Shown: positions 1 through 9,627, counted from the first letter of the stretch. The stretch is 64,000 bases of DNA from Bacteroidota bacterium (GCA_026391735.1 JAPLDL010000022.1:262825-326824); one strand, 5' to 3'. Numbers and translations are program-made. Notes: a model not told the origin generated them from the letters alone.

Positions 1-95
1 TAAATCATACAATGAACAATTTCTTTGCCTGACTGAGACCACTCAAAATCATGATACTCGCATTTCGGTCCTTGAACATGATTGTGTAAAGAACC

Positions 96-425
96 ATGGA
101 TAAAAAATTAACCTTTAAAATTTGGGTGTTGACCCTGTTTTCCTCCAATACGGCGGTAGCCTGCCGATTGGTACTGGGGGCGATCGGGTTCATCTGGTCC
201 CTGGTATTAATTTCATTGGGACATACGGGATCCACCATCGAATGGGCTATTGGAATATCAGCCGGCTTGATGGGCTTGGAAACCTTCGATTTGTTCAAGA
301 AAACTCCCAATCCCTACCAGGATTATTATAATTATGGATCATATTCCACTAATGCGGGAAGTATTAACCAACCAGGTACTATTTCAAAAGAAGAACCTCC
401 TGCCCATGGACAGGAATTAAAGTGA
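96..425 (+). CDS. Small membrane protein, putative holin
   Basis: 109-aa ORF with hydrophobic helices ([33 protein letters not shown]; [12 protein letters not shown]) and a polar tail. Its stop overlaps the endolysin start by 4 nt. Function is inferred from position only. Confidence 0.4.
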   Translation: MDKKLTFKIWVLTLFSSNTAVACRLVLGAIGFIWSLVLISLGHTGSTIEWAIGISAGLMGLETFDLFKKTPNPYQDYYNYGSYSTNAGSINQPGTISKEEPPAHGQELK

Positions 426-949
426 GTATGGCTGATGTAAATCTATTAGCGCCAAAAATATTACAGCATGAAGGGGGATTCGTGGATGACCATGCTGATC
501 ATGGAGGAGCAACCAATATGGGAGTTACCCTGGGTATGTGGAAACAGGTAGGTTATGACAAGGATGGAGATGGGGATATCGATGTAGATGACTTAAGGAT
601 GTTGACCCGTACAGATGCCACAATCGTCCTTAAACAATTTTATTGGGACCGGTGGCAGGGAGATCAGATCCTGAGTCAATCGGTCGCGGATATCCTGGTG
701 GATTGGCTCTGGTGTAGCGGAAAATGGGGTATCGTGATCCCTCAAAGAATTCTTGGGGTCCCTCCTGATGGGATAGTAGGCCCCAATACCATGAGTGTAG
801 TAAACTCTCAGGATCCCCGCCAGTTTCATCAAAAGGTGATGGGAGAACGAGTAAAATTTATCCTGGACATCGTTCGTAGGGATCCTAGTCAGGGAAGATT
901 TCAAAAAGGATGGTTAAACCGGTTGAATGATTTTAATTTTTCGATATGA
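422..949 (+). CDS. Endolysin, glycoside hydrolase family 108 N-terminal domain plus PG_binding_3-like C-terminal domain
   Basis: The motif [24 protein letters not shown] matches the GH108 pattern (EGG...D.GG.T..G). The C-terminal WLWCSG...[16 protein letters not shown] resembles the peptidoglycan-binding module. The track start is GTG 422; ATG 428 is an alternative. Confidence 0.85.
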   Translation: MSMADVNLLAPKILQHEGGFVDDHADHGGATNMGVTLGMWKQVGYDKDGDGDIDVDDLRMLTRTDATIVLKQFYWDRWQGDQILSQSVADILVDWLWCSGKWGIVIPQRILGVPPDGIVGPNTMSVVNSQDPRQFHQKVMGERVKFILDIVRRDPSQGRFQKGWLNRLNDFNFSI

Positions 950-1455
950 AACAATTAACCTGGGGCTTAATTCTGGTGGTTGTATTATTACTTCTGAGCT
1001 GCAGCACATCCCGCCAGATGCAAAAACAAAGACAGGAGTCCAAAATAGATTGTACTGCAGTGGAAAAGCAGGTCCGGCACAATGATATCGAAACCGATAC
1101 TAAAAGTCAACTTACCTCTACCACTGAAACTACGGAGACTATTGATACGGTAGTAACGGTTGCAGATCCAAAGACCAGACAGTTTCTCCAGGTACCTATC
1201 AGGATGAAACGAGTCATTAAAAGCCAGCAGTATAGTTCTACCCAGAGTGCAACGAGGGATAAAAGCCAATTAACCGATGAAAAGACGATTCATGAGAAAA
1301 AGGCTGTTCTAAATGAGACTAAGGTGGTTAAAACTCAGCGCCCAAATCTTACACTGTATATCGTCATTGCCATATCGGTCCTTATCGTTTTGTTATTTGT
1401 ATTCCTATGGAAACGTAATCTGTTTGCCAGGTTCTTTGATGTGTTCAGGCGCTAA
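946..1455 (+). CDS. Lipoprotein with C-terminal transmembrane helix, candidate unimolecular spanin
   Basis: N-terminal signal with lipobox-like LLSC ([22 protein letters not shown]) and a single C-terminal TM ([19 protein letters not shown]) followed by basic residues. ATGA overlap with the endolysin gene. Confidence 0.45.
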   Translation: MKQLTWGLILVVVLLLLSCSTSRQMQKQRQESKIDCTAVEKQVRHNDIETDTKSQLTSTTETTETIDTVVTVADPKTRQFLQVPIRMKRVIKSQQYSSTQSATRDKSQLTDEKTIHEKKAVLNETKVVKTQRPNLTLYIVIAISVLIVLLFVFLWKRNLFARFFDVFRR

Positions 1456-1521
1456 AGTCCCTAATACAGGGCGCGGCGCACTGCCTGTGTGGCCGTTTTC
1501 TAAGGACCTATTTACCTGAAG

Positions 1522-1555
1522 ATCCGGATCTGTAAGCCACAGTCCGGATTTTTTA
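1522..1555 (+). terminator. Rho-independent terminator after the lysis cassette
   Basis: atccggatctgt / acagtccggat stem (11 bp with a 1-nt bulge), loop aagcc, then tttttat. Confidence 0.65.
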
Positions 1556-1692
1556 TTTAGCTGAATATCAACAATATGATATAGTTGCATCAAAATACAT
1601 GCAAATAGATTTGGATGTTGATATGGGATTGTCTTACTTTTGTCGTGTTTTCTATGACAAAAATTTAAATAAGGGGTTCTAATCGTTTCTCT

Positions 1693-2175
1693 ATGATCGT
1701 AAAATCGAATCCTATGACCACCCAAACAATTCCAGATACCACAGAACAATGGTTTGATGAATTTATCGCCTTTTTGCGGTCTGATCAAATTCAAATATCT
1801 GCCGGTATTGCTCCAAAGGAGAAATTGGATTTTTATAATGTGATGATGTCAGGGGATTTGAATAAGATTTTATATGCATCTCGGAGTCTTACATCAGTAC
1901 AATTTATAAAAAACATTCTTTATGAATTTTCACAAGAATTAAAGCAGAGGAATTGTAAACCGCTTCAATTGTCTGTTAACTATTCGGATGCCAGAGTCTT
2001 GGTATGGGCCATTGTGAATGATGATGATGAAAACACGGAAGATGATTTATTAATGGCGGAGGCTAAAATTAATGCCAAGTATCATCAGTTTGGATTCCAC
2101 ATTTCTTCAACTATTCTTGAAGCTTCAGATAATTATCCAATTCCACCGCAGTACAGATCTATCCTTCCAAATTAA
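1693..2175 (+). CDS. Hypothetical protein (first gene of the terminator-bracketed pair)
   Basis: 160-aa ORF with an acidic patch NDDDENTEDD. No motif recognised. It sits 7 nt upstream of the next ORF. Confidence 0.5.
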   Translation: MIVKSNPMTTQTIPDTTEQWFDEFIAFLRSDQIQISAGIAPKEKLDFYNVMMSGDLNKILYASRSLTSVQFIKNILYEFSQELKQRNCKPLQLSVNYSDARVLVWAIVNDDDENTEDDLLMAEAKINAKYHQFGFHISSTILEASDNYPIPPQYRSILPN

Positions 2176-2181
2176 TTTTTA

Positions 2182-2664
2182 ATGCCATCACCTGAAGCGC
2201 ACATTAAACAAGTATGCGGAAATTTATCGTTTCTAGGTCATATTAATAAATGTTGCTGTTCATGGGATTGGCAGGTAACTGTTTCATTTTATGCTGCTGT
2301 TCACTTGGTGAATTCACATTTGGCCCAATTTGATCTACATTATAGAACTCATGCGGATGTCACAAATGCTATAAATCCTGAAAATACCTTATCTGTTTCC
2401 AAACTGCCTCAGGAAGTGTATCTTTCATATAAAAAGCTACAAGGACTGTCCAGGAGATCCAGGTATCTTGTTCATGATGATCCTGCAAATCCATCCTCCG
2501 ATTGTTTTTTAACGTATGATAAACATTTTATCAAGGCCGTTAAAAAGCTTGATATTCTACTAGATTACTTTATTACCAGCCAAAATTTTTCAGTCCCAAT
2601 CATTGAAGTTAAATGTATTGGATTGAAATTAGTAGATCTTAAACATCTCAAAGTTATTCTCTAG
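2182..2664 (+). CDS. Hypothetical protein, possible HEPN-like fold
   Basis: 160-aa ORF. The segment SRRSRYLVHDD fits the R-x(4-6)-H HEPN motif. The upstream helix-like segment WQVTVSFYAAVHLVNSHLA is reminiscent of HEPN helix 2. The fold assignment is unverified. Confidence 0.4.
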   Translation: MPSPEAHIKQVCGNLSFLGHINKCCCSWDWQVTVSFYAAVHLVNSHLAQFDLHYRTHADVTNAINPENTLSVSKLPQEVYLSYKKLQGLSRRSRYLVHDDPANPSSDCFLTYDKHFIKAVKKLDILLDYFITSQNFSVPIIEVKCIGLKLVDLKHLKVIL

Positions 2665-2683
2665 ATTTTTTAATTTTCTTTAT

Positions 2684-2719
2684 ATCCGGACCATCAATTT
2701 GATGTATCCGGATTTTTTA
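2684..2719 (+). terminator. Rho-independent terminator after the two-gene insert
   Basis: atccgga...tccggat outer stem with an inner catca/tgatg stem, followed by tttttat. The outer stem and T-tract (tccggattttttat) are the same as in the terminator at 1522-1555. Confidence 0.65.
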
Positions 2720-2759
2720 TGTCCTTTCCTGCCTTTTTTTCCTGCAGTAAACTTGCTGC

Positions 2760-3212
2760 ATGGATGGTAAATTCGATGAAGTTCAGCTTCTATTCATTGA
2801 ACGTTCCCTGGAATTGCACGGGGAAATGATCACGGATCTGCTCAGGGGTCAGATCGAGCAGAAACATTTGATTAAGAACGAAGATCTTCTGGATTCAATC
2901 GATTTCCAAGTGAGCAAATACGGCATTGATCCGGTTCTTCTGATTAGTTTTTTTGCCTATGGCCGCTTCATTGAAATCAATTGGTTTAAACGCTCGCAGA
3001 ATTCCCGCAAACTAATTGCCAATAGCAATCGCCTGCAGTGGAGTATGCGTGAAAACCGCAAAAGGACCAAAAAGAAAGATACCCGTTGGTATGCAAAGAC
3101 GGCCTATGGTTCAATCAATCATCTGATCGCAGTTCTGAGCAATGATTTTTCGGACAGCGAACGGGATTATTTAAAACAATTATTGGAGTTACGCTATGAG
3201 TCTAAAAATTGA
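2760..3212 (+). CDS. Hypothetical phage protein immediately upstream of the tape measure (possible tail assembly chaperone)
   Basis: 150-aa ORF that overlaps the tape measure start by 17 nt. Assignment is by position only. Confidence 0.45.
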   Translation: MDGKFDEVQLLFIERSLELHGEMITDLLRGQIEQKHLIKNEDLLDSIDFQVSKYGIDPVLLISFFAYGRFIEINWFKRSQNSRKLIANSNRLQWSMRENRKRTKKKDTRWYAKTAYGSINHLIAVLSNDFSDSERDYLKQLLELRYESKN

Positions 3213-6200
3213 TCGCCTGCAGCTGGAGATCATTATCAATAATGATCAGGCCCGAACTTCATTGAGAAATCTCAATGATGAAGCTCTCAGTATCCAGAAG
3301 TCCATGAAAAACATGGTCAAGGGAACGGATGAATGGATCCAGGCCACCAAACGACTATCCTCCATCAAGCAGCAAATGGATAGTATCTATGATTCCATAG
3401 GTATTGCGGGATTGTCCATCGCGGAGCTGAAAAAGAAACAGCAGGAATTCAATATGGTTCTTAACCAACTCCCGGCCAATTCACCCCAGTATGCAGCTTA
3501 TAAAAAGAACCTGGATGAGATCAATCTCCGGTTAAAGGAACTCAAAGGCAATGCCCAGGCGGCTATGCCTGCACTGGAAGAAGGGGGTCTGAGCGGTGCC
3601 TTTGCTAAAATATCCGGGTGGGCTCTAAAGATAGGGGCCGCATTTATGGCCTTAAGTGCCATCAAGGATTATTTTAAGGAAGGTATTGAAGCTGCGAAAG
3701 AACTCCAGGATATAGAATCACTATTACTGGAGAATCTTGATGGTCAGAAAGACGCTCAGCAGCAACTGATCGATTTGGCCAAGGAGAAGTCCAAGACTAC
3801 CCTGTATAAACGACAGGAAATCGAGGAAGCGGAGAATTTTCTGGCTATCCAGGCTAGAACGCCGGCTCAGATCAAAAAGACTATTGATGCGGCCATGCAA
3901 CTTTCGGTGGTTACCGGGAAAGATTTGATGGAATCTGTTCGCGATCTGGATGCTACGATGGAAGGAAAACTGGGCCGTGGACTAGGTAAACTGGCCCAGG
4001 AATTTCAAACTCTTTCCAAAGAACAACTCGCCCATGGCGATGTCATCGAATTGGTACGTCGAAAATATGCAGGCCTGGCCGAGGGTGAGATGAACACGAT
4101 CGAAGGGAAGGTGAATCTGCTGGTAAAAGCCTGGAATGGACTACGAAGAACGATCGGAGAAATGGTTCTTGGGCAGGGAAATATGTTTGGCGGGCTCATC
4201 CAGGGAACAACCGATCTTTTGAATTCATTTAAAAAACTTTTTGAGATTCCGGTATCTCAGAAAATTACCGAGGAAAAGGATGCCCTCAACAGCCTGGTGT
4301 TCCAGATTCAGGCCACCAATACCAATCAGACCGAACGTAACCGCCTGATTGAAGAATTGAGGGTTAAATATCCGGAGTTCCTGGGAAATCTTAAAAATGA
4401 AGATGTAACGAATGAGGTATTGGCCAAACATCTCGAGCAGGTGAATTACCAGTACATGGAAAAGATCCGCCTGGCTAAATCCGAAGAGACTTTGACGGCT
4501 ATGGCCGAAAAGGAATCCAAGGCTTCGAAAGAACTTGCCTCCACCGAGCAGGAACGTAACCAGATCCTGGCAAAATCCATGGACCTGTTATATCAGTCCA
4601 ATGCCGCAGAAGCTCGCCTGGTGGAACAGGCTCCGACACTGGATGCCAAGATCGAGCTGGTTAAGAAATATTGGGGCGCCGTGGGCGGTACCGGTGAAGC
4701 CTTTCTTATTGCTGCTGAGAAAGCCCGTCAGGCATCGGGGAAGATGAAACAAACCCAGGCTGATTTCTCCACCGCTTCCGTTAAGATTGCTGAAGATGCC
4801 ATTAATGGATCCTTGAATCTGACCAATAGCCTTGAAAATGTATCGGATCAGATTCTTCGAATTGGAGTTAAAACTCAAGATGAAAATCTTAAGTCAATTA
4901 TTCAAGCTGAAATCCAAGACAGGGCATATTTAGCCAAAATCGCAGATAAAAAGAAAAAAAGTCAAAAAGAAAAGGTGGACTGGACGGCTAAATCAGAAGC
5001 GGAGCTCAATCAGATCATTTCTCGCTCCCGTGAGGAAGGAGCCACCAACATTGACCGTACCCAAGCCCGCTTGGCTCAGGCGGAATTAAAACGCCGGGAT
5101 AAAATAGTAGAAGGAGTTGAGAAATATCAGGACCTGATGCGCGAAGTGACCGAAATGGAGAAAACCAACTTCGCCGATAAGCTATCCCAAACGCAGAAAG
5201 AGATCCAATCGGTCAATGACAAGTATAATACCGAAATCCGAAAGATCGAGGAATACCAGCAACATAATAAAAAGCAGCTTTCTCCCACCCAAAATAAAGA
5301 ACTTGATGATAATGTTGGCAAGCTTAAAATAGCCCGGGATGCCCAGACCAATCAGATTCTCGTTCAGGCTGAGCAGGATTTTGCCGATAAGATCAAACAG
5401 ATCCATGAAGCCCTTCGTGTGGGGCGCTTGTCCATCACCGATCGGGAGCTGTATGAGATCAATAAAAAATACGATGACCTGCAGAAAGAGATCCTCGATG
5501 CGATCCAGTACCGCTACGATCAGGAAGTCAAACAAGCCAATGGAAATGCTGAGCTGATTGCTCAGGCCGAAAAAAATAAAGCCGCAGAACTGATAAAAAT
5601 TCAGGGAGATATGTCCCTTTTGCAGCAGGCCCGGGATCAGGAAACTCAAAAAGCAACCCGGGATGGTCAACTCAAGTTTGATGATGACCTCAAATCCCTG
5701 CGATTAAAAGGCGAACAGGACCTGGCCAAAGGCAAGGAGAAGATCCAGGATGAGGTCAATGCCAAGTATCGTAAACTGCTGGATGAAAATGTCAATGATG
5801 AGCAGCGCACCCAGGAGATCAAGGCGCAAATGACTCAGGAATCCAACGAAAAGATTGAGCAATATCAAACCGAGCATCTGGCAAAAATGATCCAGAAATA
5901 TGCTCAGTACGCCAGTACTATTGTTAGTTCTCTCTCTGCATTGGAACAGGCATTCACGGCAAAAGAGAATGCAGAAGTTAAAAAGAATGAGGATTCCAAT
6001 AACAAGAAGAAAACTTCTTTAAAAGCGCAGTTGGATGCCGGCAAGATTACCCAGAAGAATTATGATGACCAGGTGGCCCAGATGGATACCGAACTGGATA
6101 AGAAAAAAGCCAAGATTGCCCATGATCAGGCGGTACGTCAGAAAGAATTATCCATTGTTCAGGCCATTATCAATACTGCACAGGGAATTACAGCTGCACT

Positions 6201-6741
6201 GACCCTTGAGCCGGCCGGAATGGCTTTAGCCATTATCGTTGGGTTATTGGGCGCGGCACAGATCGCCATGATCGCCTCGACCCCGGTTCCTGAAGCTGCC
6301 GAAGGCCGGTATGATGTCGTTGGGAAGAATTCAGGAAAGAAATATTCCAAAGTACCCTATGCGGGCAATTCACAGACCGGAATCTACGGGCAGCCTACCC
6401 TGATCAATGAGACTGGTGATGAAATTATCATCGATCCCTATACAACCAGGAACCTGCTAATGAATTATCCGGAAATAATTGCCGGAATCAATGCCGCCCG
6501 GGGAGTCCCTACCCGTTCAACGGGATCATATGGGGCGATGTCTTCCAGTCCATCATCGCCTGCAGCTGCATCCTCATCATCCGGAACAGGATCCATGATC
6601 AGTGATTTACATGATAGTATCAAGACCCTTAATGAACGCCTGGCAGGACCGATACAGAGTTATACCATCTGGAGCGAGACCGAGCTGCTAAATAAAAAAT
6701 TGGCATCGATAGAGAAAGATGTTTCAAAATCAGCTGCATGA
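3196..6741 (+). CDS. Tail tape measure protein
   Basis: 1181 aa, dominated by K/E/Q/A-rich coiled-coil-like sequence. Hydrophobic segments occur near residues 140-160 (AFAKISGWALKIGAAFMALSAI) and about 990-1030 (AALTLEPAGMALAIIVGLLGAAQIAMIA). It is the largest ORF of the tail module and lies between a chaperone-like ORF and the tail ORFs. Confidence 0.8.
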   Translation: MSLKIDRLQLEIIINNDQARTSLRNLNDEALSIQKSMKNMVKGTDEWIQATKRLSSIKQQMDSIYDSIGIAGLSIAELKKKQQEFNMVLNQLPANSPQYAAYKKNLDEINLRLKELKGNAQAAMPALEEGGLSGAFAKISGWALKIGAAFMALSAIKDYFKEGIEAAKELQDIESLLLENLDGQKDAQQQLIDLAKEKSKTTLYKRQEIEEAENFLAIQARTPAQIKKTIDAAMQLSVVTGKDLMESVRDLDATMEGKLGRGLGKLAQEFQTLSKEQLAHGDVIELVRRKYAGLAEGEMNTIEGKVNLLVKAWNGLRRTIGEMVLGQGNMFGGLIQGTTDLLNSFKKLFEIPVSQKITEEKDALNSLVFQIQATNTNQTERNRLIEELRVKYPEFLGNLKNEDVTNEVLAKHLEQVNYQYMEKIRLAKSEETLTAMAEKESKASKELASTEQERNQILAKSMDLLYQSNAAEARLVEQAPTLDAKIELVKKYWGAVGGTGEAFLIAAEKARQASGKMKQTQADFSTASVKIAEDAINGSLNLTNSLENVSDQILRIGVKTQDENLKSIIQAEIQDRAYLAKIADKKKKSQKEKVDWTAKSEAELNQIISRSREEGATNIDRTQARLAQAELKRRDKIVEGVEKYQDLMREVTEMEKTNFADKLSQTQKEIQSVNDKYNTEIRKIEEYQQHNKKQLSPTQNKELDDNVGKLKIARDAQTNQILVQAEQDFADKIKQIHEALRVGRLSITDRELYEINKKYDDLQKEILDAIQYRYDQEVKQANGNAELIAQAEKNKAAELIKIQGDMSLLQQARDQETQKATRDGQLKFDDDLKSLRLKGEQDLAKGKEKIQDEVNAKYRKLLDENVNDEQRTQEIKAQMTQESNEKIEQYQTEHLAKMIQKYAQYASTIVSSLSALEQAFTAKENAEVKKNEDSNNKKKTSLKAQLDAGKITQKNYDDQVAQMDTELDKKKAKIAHDQAVRQKELSIVQAIINTAQGITAALTLEPAGMALAIIVGLLGAAQIAMIASTPVPEAAEGRYDVVGKNSGKKYSKVPYAGNSQTGIYGQPTLINETGDEIIIDPYTTRNLLMNYPEIIAGINAARGVPTRSTGSYGAMSSSPSSPAAASSSSGTGSMISDLHDSIKTLNERLAGPIQSYTIWSETELLNKKLASIEKDVSKSAA

Positions 6742-6781
6742 TGTCCTTTAAAAAGTTTTTATGTAAGAATAAGTTTGCCCT

Positions 6782-8440
6782 ATGCATTTCGAAATAGTTC
6801 CACCGACCGTTGTATTTGCCGGTAATCCGATCCGATATCGGATTCACCTGGTGGATGGGGGAGGCCCACCTCCTGGTAAAAGTCTGATCGAAATTGTTTT
6901 CTCAGGCAAGGATACCCATGAGGATCATGCAGTCACTCTGTCTTTTTTGGGTGTTGAACGTACGTTTTCACTTAAAAGTTCTCCGGATGACGCATATTCC
7001 ATTCCCTCTGCAAACTCAGATGAAACAGTAGAAAACTGGGCTTACAGATTTTATACTGAACTTCAAAAAAACGGGGAACTTCTTAAGAATTATCAGATCA
7101 CATTAAGTGATGATAGTCTAACAATTAATCTTAGGGCTTATGAGAATGGATCTTCTTTTGATATGAGTGTTGTTTCCAATACCATAGAAGGGATGACCAT
7201 TAATGCATCCACCGGTGGGAGTGGATCCACTTCATATGATGGGGTAGCCGTGATGGTTCTGGATAAAGATGGCATATTGCTCGGGGAAGACGTCAAGCCG
7301 ATCAACGATACCAATTTCATCGATTATGAGATTTCGGAATATATCAACGCCTTGTTTGCCACCCTTACTCCGCCCAGGTTTATTTTGAGCGATTCCACGC
7401 ATGGCTATATTTATTTATATGTTGACCTGGTAAAGAAATACCGGGTTCTGGCCGGATATCATATTCCGGGCTTGGTTTACGTGAGTTTATACGATAATTA
7501 CCACTGGGCTATTTCCGGAGGATTGTCCCGTGAGGGCCTGATGGTATGGAACCAGGTGAGTGGTGGATTTTGGAATGATTCCAATAATAAAAAACGTTTT
7601 TTGACTTGGGGCCCACTGGTCAAGAAGACCTCACGTACCAATCATGAATCCTTGTATTTCTTTACTCAATATAGTGATGTGACCCGCTATAATGTAAAAG
7701 TAAAGGCTTATCTGGCCGATAAAAGTAGTACCACCTTCGAATTAGTTCACATGACCTATTCAGGACAATATGTGATCTTGGAGATGATGGTGGGTTACGG
7801 ACAAATTAGCATTGAAAGCCATACAGACAATCAGCCGGTCGTAAAATGGGATGTTTGGCTTGAGGATCAATATTCACGTATTCTGAGTGAAGTAAGGACC
7901 TTCCTGGTGGATGAAAAAGTGTATGAATTTCCCCGGGAATTTGTATTCCGTAATTCCTTTGCGGTGTATGATTATATCAGGTTTACCGGTAAAATTGAGA
8001 AGAACCTCGTACATGACAGGGAAACTACCCAGATCGATCGCAATGAAGTGGAAACGTTTTACAACACTCCGGAGTGGCAAACAAAGATTCTCGAGCAGCA
8101 GATCTATAAGGGATCCTCAGGATGGGTATCGCATAAAACCATGGATGTTCTTCGTGATATGATGCTTTCTCCGGAAGTGTATGAAATCGTTAATGAAAAG
8201 CCTCTCAGAATAAGCATTACAACCAAAAAAACGAGCAAATATCTCAAGGATGGTGAATACTTGTATAACCTGGATCTTGAATATCAACATGCTTACCAGG
8301 ATAATTTCTATTCTAATATCGAAGAACATAGTGCTCCTGATCCAATACCAGACCCTGATCCAGATCCCATGTCATGGGATTCTGAAGAAGTAACCTTTGA
8401 TAGTGAAGAAGTAACCTTTGATCAAACTTTAAAATTATGA
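6782..8440 (+). CDS. Phage tail-region structural protein (hypothetical)
   Basis: 552-aa ORF directly after the tape measure. The C-terminus carries a PDPIPDPDPDP tract and a duplicated SEEVTFD. ATGA overlap with the next ORF. Confidence 0.6.
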   Translation: MHFEIVPPTVVFAGNPIRYRIHLVDGGGPPPGKSLIEIVFSGKDTHEDHAVTLSFLGVERTFSLKSSPDDAYSIPSANSDETVENWAYRFYTELQKNGELLKNYQITLSDDSLTINLRAYENGSSFDMSVVSNTIEGMTINASTGGSGSTSYDGVAVMVLDKDGILLGEDVKPINDTNFIDYEISEYINALFATLTPPRFILSDSTHGYIYLYVDLVKKYRVLAGYHIPGLVYVSLYDNYHWAISGGLSREGLMVWNQVSGGFWNDSNNKKRFLTWGPLVKKTSRTNHESLYFFTQYSDVTRYNVKVKAYLADKSSTTFELVHMTYSGQYVILEMMVGYGQISIESHTDNQPVVKWDVWLEDQYSRILSEVRTFLVDEKVYEFPREFVFRNSFAVYDYIRFTGKIEKNLVHDRETTQIDRNEVETFYNTPEWQTKILEQQIYKGSSGWVSHKTMDVLRDMMLSPEVYEIVNEKPLRISITTKKTSKYLKDGEYLYNLDLEYQHAYQDNFYSNIEEHSAPDPIPDPDPDPMSWDSEEVTFDSEEVTFDQTLKL

Positions 8441-9342
8441 GTAAACAAACAATCTATCTTGGGGCGGTAGCCAATGATAAAACCGGAAACAAGCTTCGTG
8501 TAGGCGGGAATATGATCAATAGTAATTTTGATGAATTGTACTCGAGAAATCATGCCTGTTGCGGCAGTAAACAAGAGTTTCGCGACGCAATCATGGAATT
8601 TGCGGTTAAAGAACGGGCCTTGTTGGAGTTCTTTTATGTTTCTAAAATCATTGCAGGGGCCATCTCCCCTTATAATCAATACCTGAGAGTCTATGAAGTT
8701 GATATCAATAAATCGTCGAATTTAACCAGTGTGGGAACTCAGGTATTGAAATTCTATATCCAATCAATTCCATTGAATAGTCCGAAAACAAGTCCTGAAG
8801 TTGTTACCTTAACTGGTGCACTTGCTTCCCCTCCGACTGATTTTTTTGGAGAAATCTGTATTGACTGGAGTAAATTTATCCTGGGACAAACATATACCTG
8901 TGCAAATTGGCTTGAAGGAGGATTATATGTGGTGAATACGATAAAACCAGCATCAGATCCAGGAGGAGATCCCGGGCCAGGATTTGAGTTACCCTATGGA
9001 AGCGGAACCTCCAAATTTAACATCACCGAGGCTGCAGTTATCGATGGCTCATTTAATCTTTACCTGGCCAGTCTTACAATGGGCGAAATTTCACTTGCCT
9101 CAGCGGACGTAATCAAGGGAAAAATTGATTTAAAGAATATTTCCGGCGTGGAGATTACAATCAATTGCATTTTAATCCCACCGGTTGAATCAGGCCCGTC
9201 AACTCCCGCCTTGTTTGATGGATTATATCAGCAAATTACAGTAGCTGATAAAAAGCAGGTTTCGTTTGAATTGTATCATGTTGAGAGTCGTACATACATG
9301 ACGATTGTTTCGGGAGATTATACCGGAGTTGAAGAGAGATAA
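8437..9342 (+). CDS. Phage tail fibre-like structural protein (hypothetical)
   Basis: 301 aa. The N-terminus GAVANDKTGNKLRVGGNMINSNFDELY resembles the ND-TGD-LR...N.NF.ELY motif that I recall at N-termini of many phage fibre or tail proteins. This is unverified. Confidence 0.55.
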   Translation: MSKQTIYLGAVANDKTGNKLRVGGNMINSNFDELYSRNHACCGSKQEFRDAIMEFAVKERALLEFFYVSKIIAGAISPYNQYLRVYEVDINKSSNLTSVGTQVLKFYIQSIPLNSPKTSPEVVTLTGALASPPTDFFGEICIDWSKFILGQTYTCANWLEGGLYVVNTIKPASDPGGDPGPGFELPYGSGTSKFNITEAAVIDGSFNLYLASLTMGEISLASADVIKGKIDLKNISGVEITINCILIPPVESGPSTPALFDGLYQQITVADKKQVSFELYHVESRTYMTIVSGDYTGVEER

Positions 9343-9378
9343 AACAATAATATAATTCACAATTAATACCGTAAAGTT

Positions 9379-9627
9379 ATGTCAGCAATGATTTATGTAT
9401 CCAAGGGCGTTTGTGCCAGGATTGATCCCACCGATGGATCGGTGATCTATCGCGGTTATCCTGCAGCAGGAACCACGTCGGAAGTTGCGCCTTCCTGGGC
9501 AATTTCAAGACAAACAATTGATTCTGTATCCGGAGTCATCTCACAGGAAGAATGGGTCAATGGCCGCCTGGAATGTGCCTATAAATGGTGTTCCCGTGCC
9601 GATTACACGTATTCAATTCCTAAATAA
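9379..9627 (+). CDS. Small hypothetical phage protein
   Basis: 82-aa ORF in the same orientation, tightly spaced before the DGR target gene. Confidence 0.45.
   Translation: MSAMIYVSKGVCARIDPTDGSVIYRGYPAAGTTSEVAPSWAISRQTIDSVSGVISQEEWVNGRLECAYKWCSRADYTYSIPK

Noticed and set aside
5-310. 101-aa minus-strand ORF at the window start
   Set aside because: It is antisense to the better-supported membrane-protein ORF (96-425) that is translationally coupled to the endolysin. It has no recognisable motif and runs against the orientation of the whole late block.
1405-1794. 129-aa minus-strand ORF
   Set aside because: It spans a terminator hairpin and an AT-rich intergenic region and overlaps two + strand genes. 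It is most likely spurious.
3196-3212. Possible programmed frameshift between the 150-aa ORF and the tape measure (gpG/gpGT-like)
   Set aside because: Fusion into the tape measure frame would need a +1 shift, and I see no canonical XXXYYYZ slippery heptamer. The canonical G/GT frameshift joins two chaperone ORFs, not a chaperone to the tape measure. The 17-nt overlap is adequately explained by translational coupling.
4005-5670. Several antisense or alternate-frame ORFs inside the tape measure gene (for example 5182-5670, 162 aa)
   Set aside because: They are low-complexity mirror ORFs of a K/E/Q-rich coding region. The long + strand ORF explains the region.
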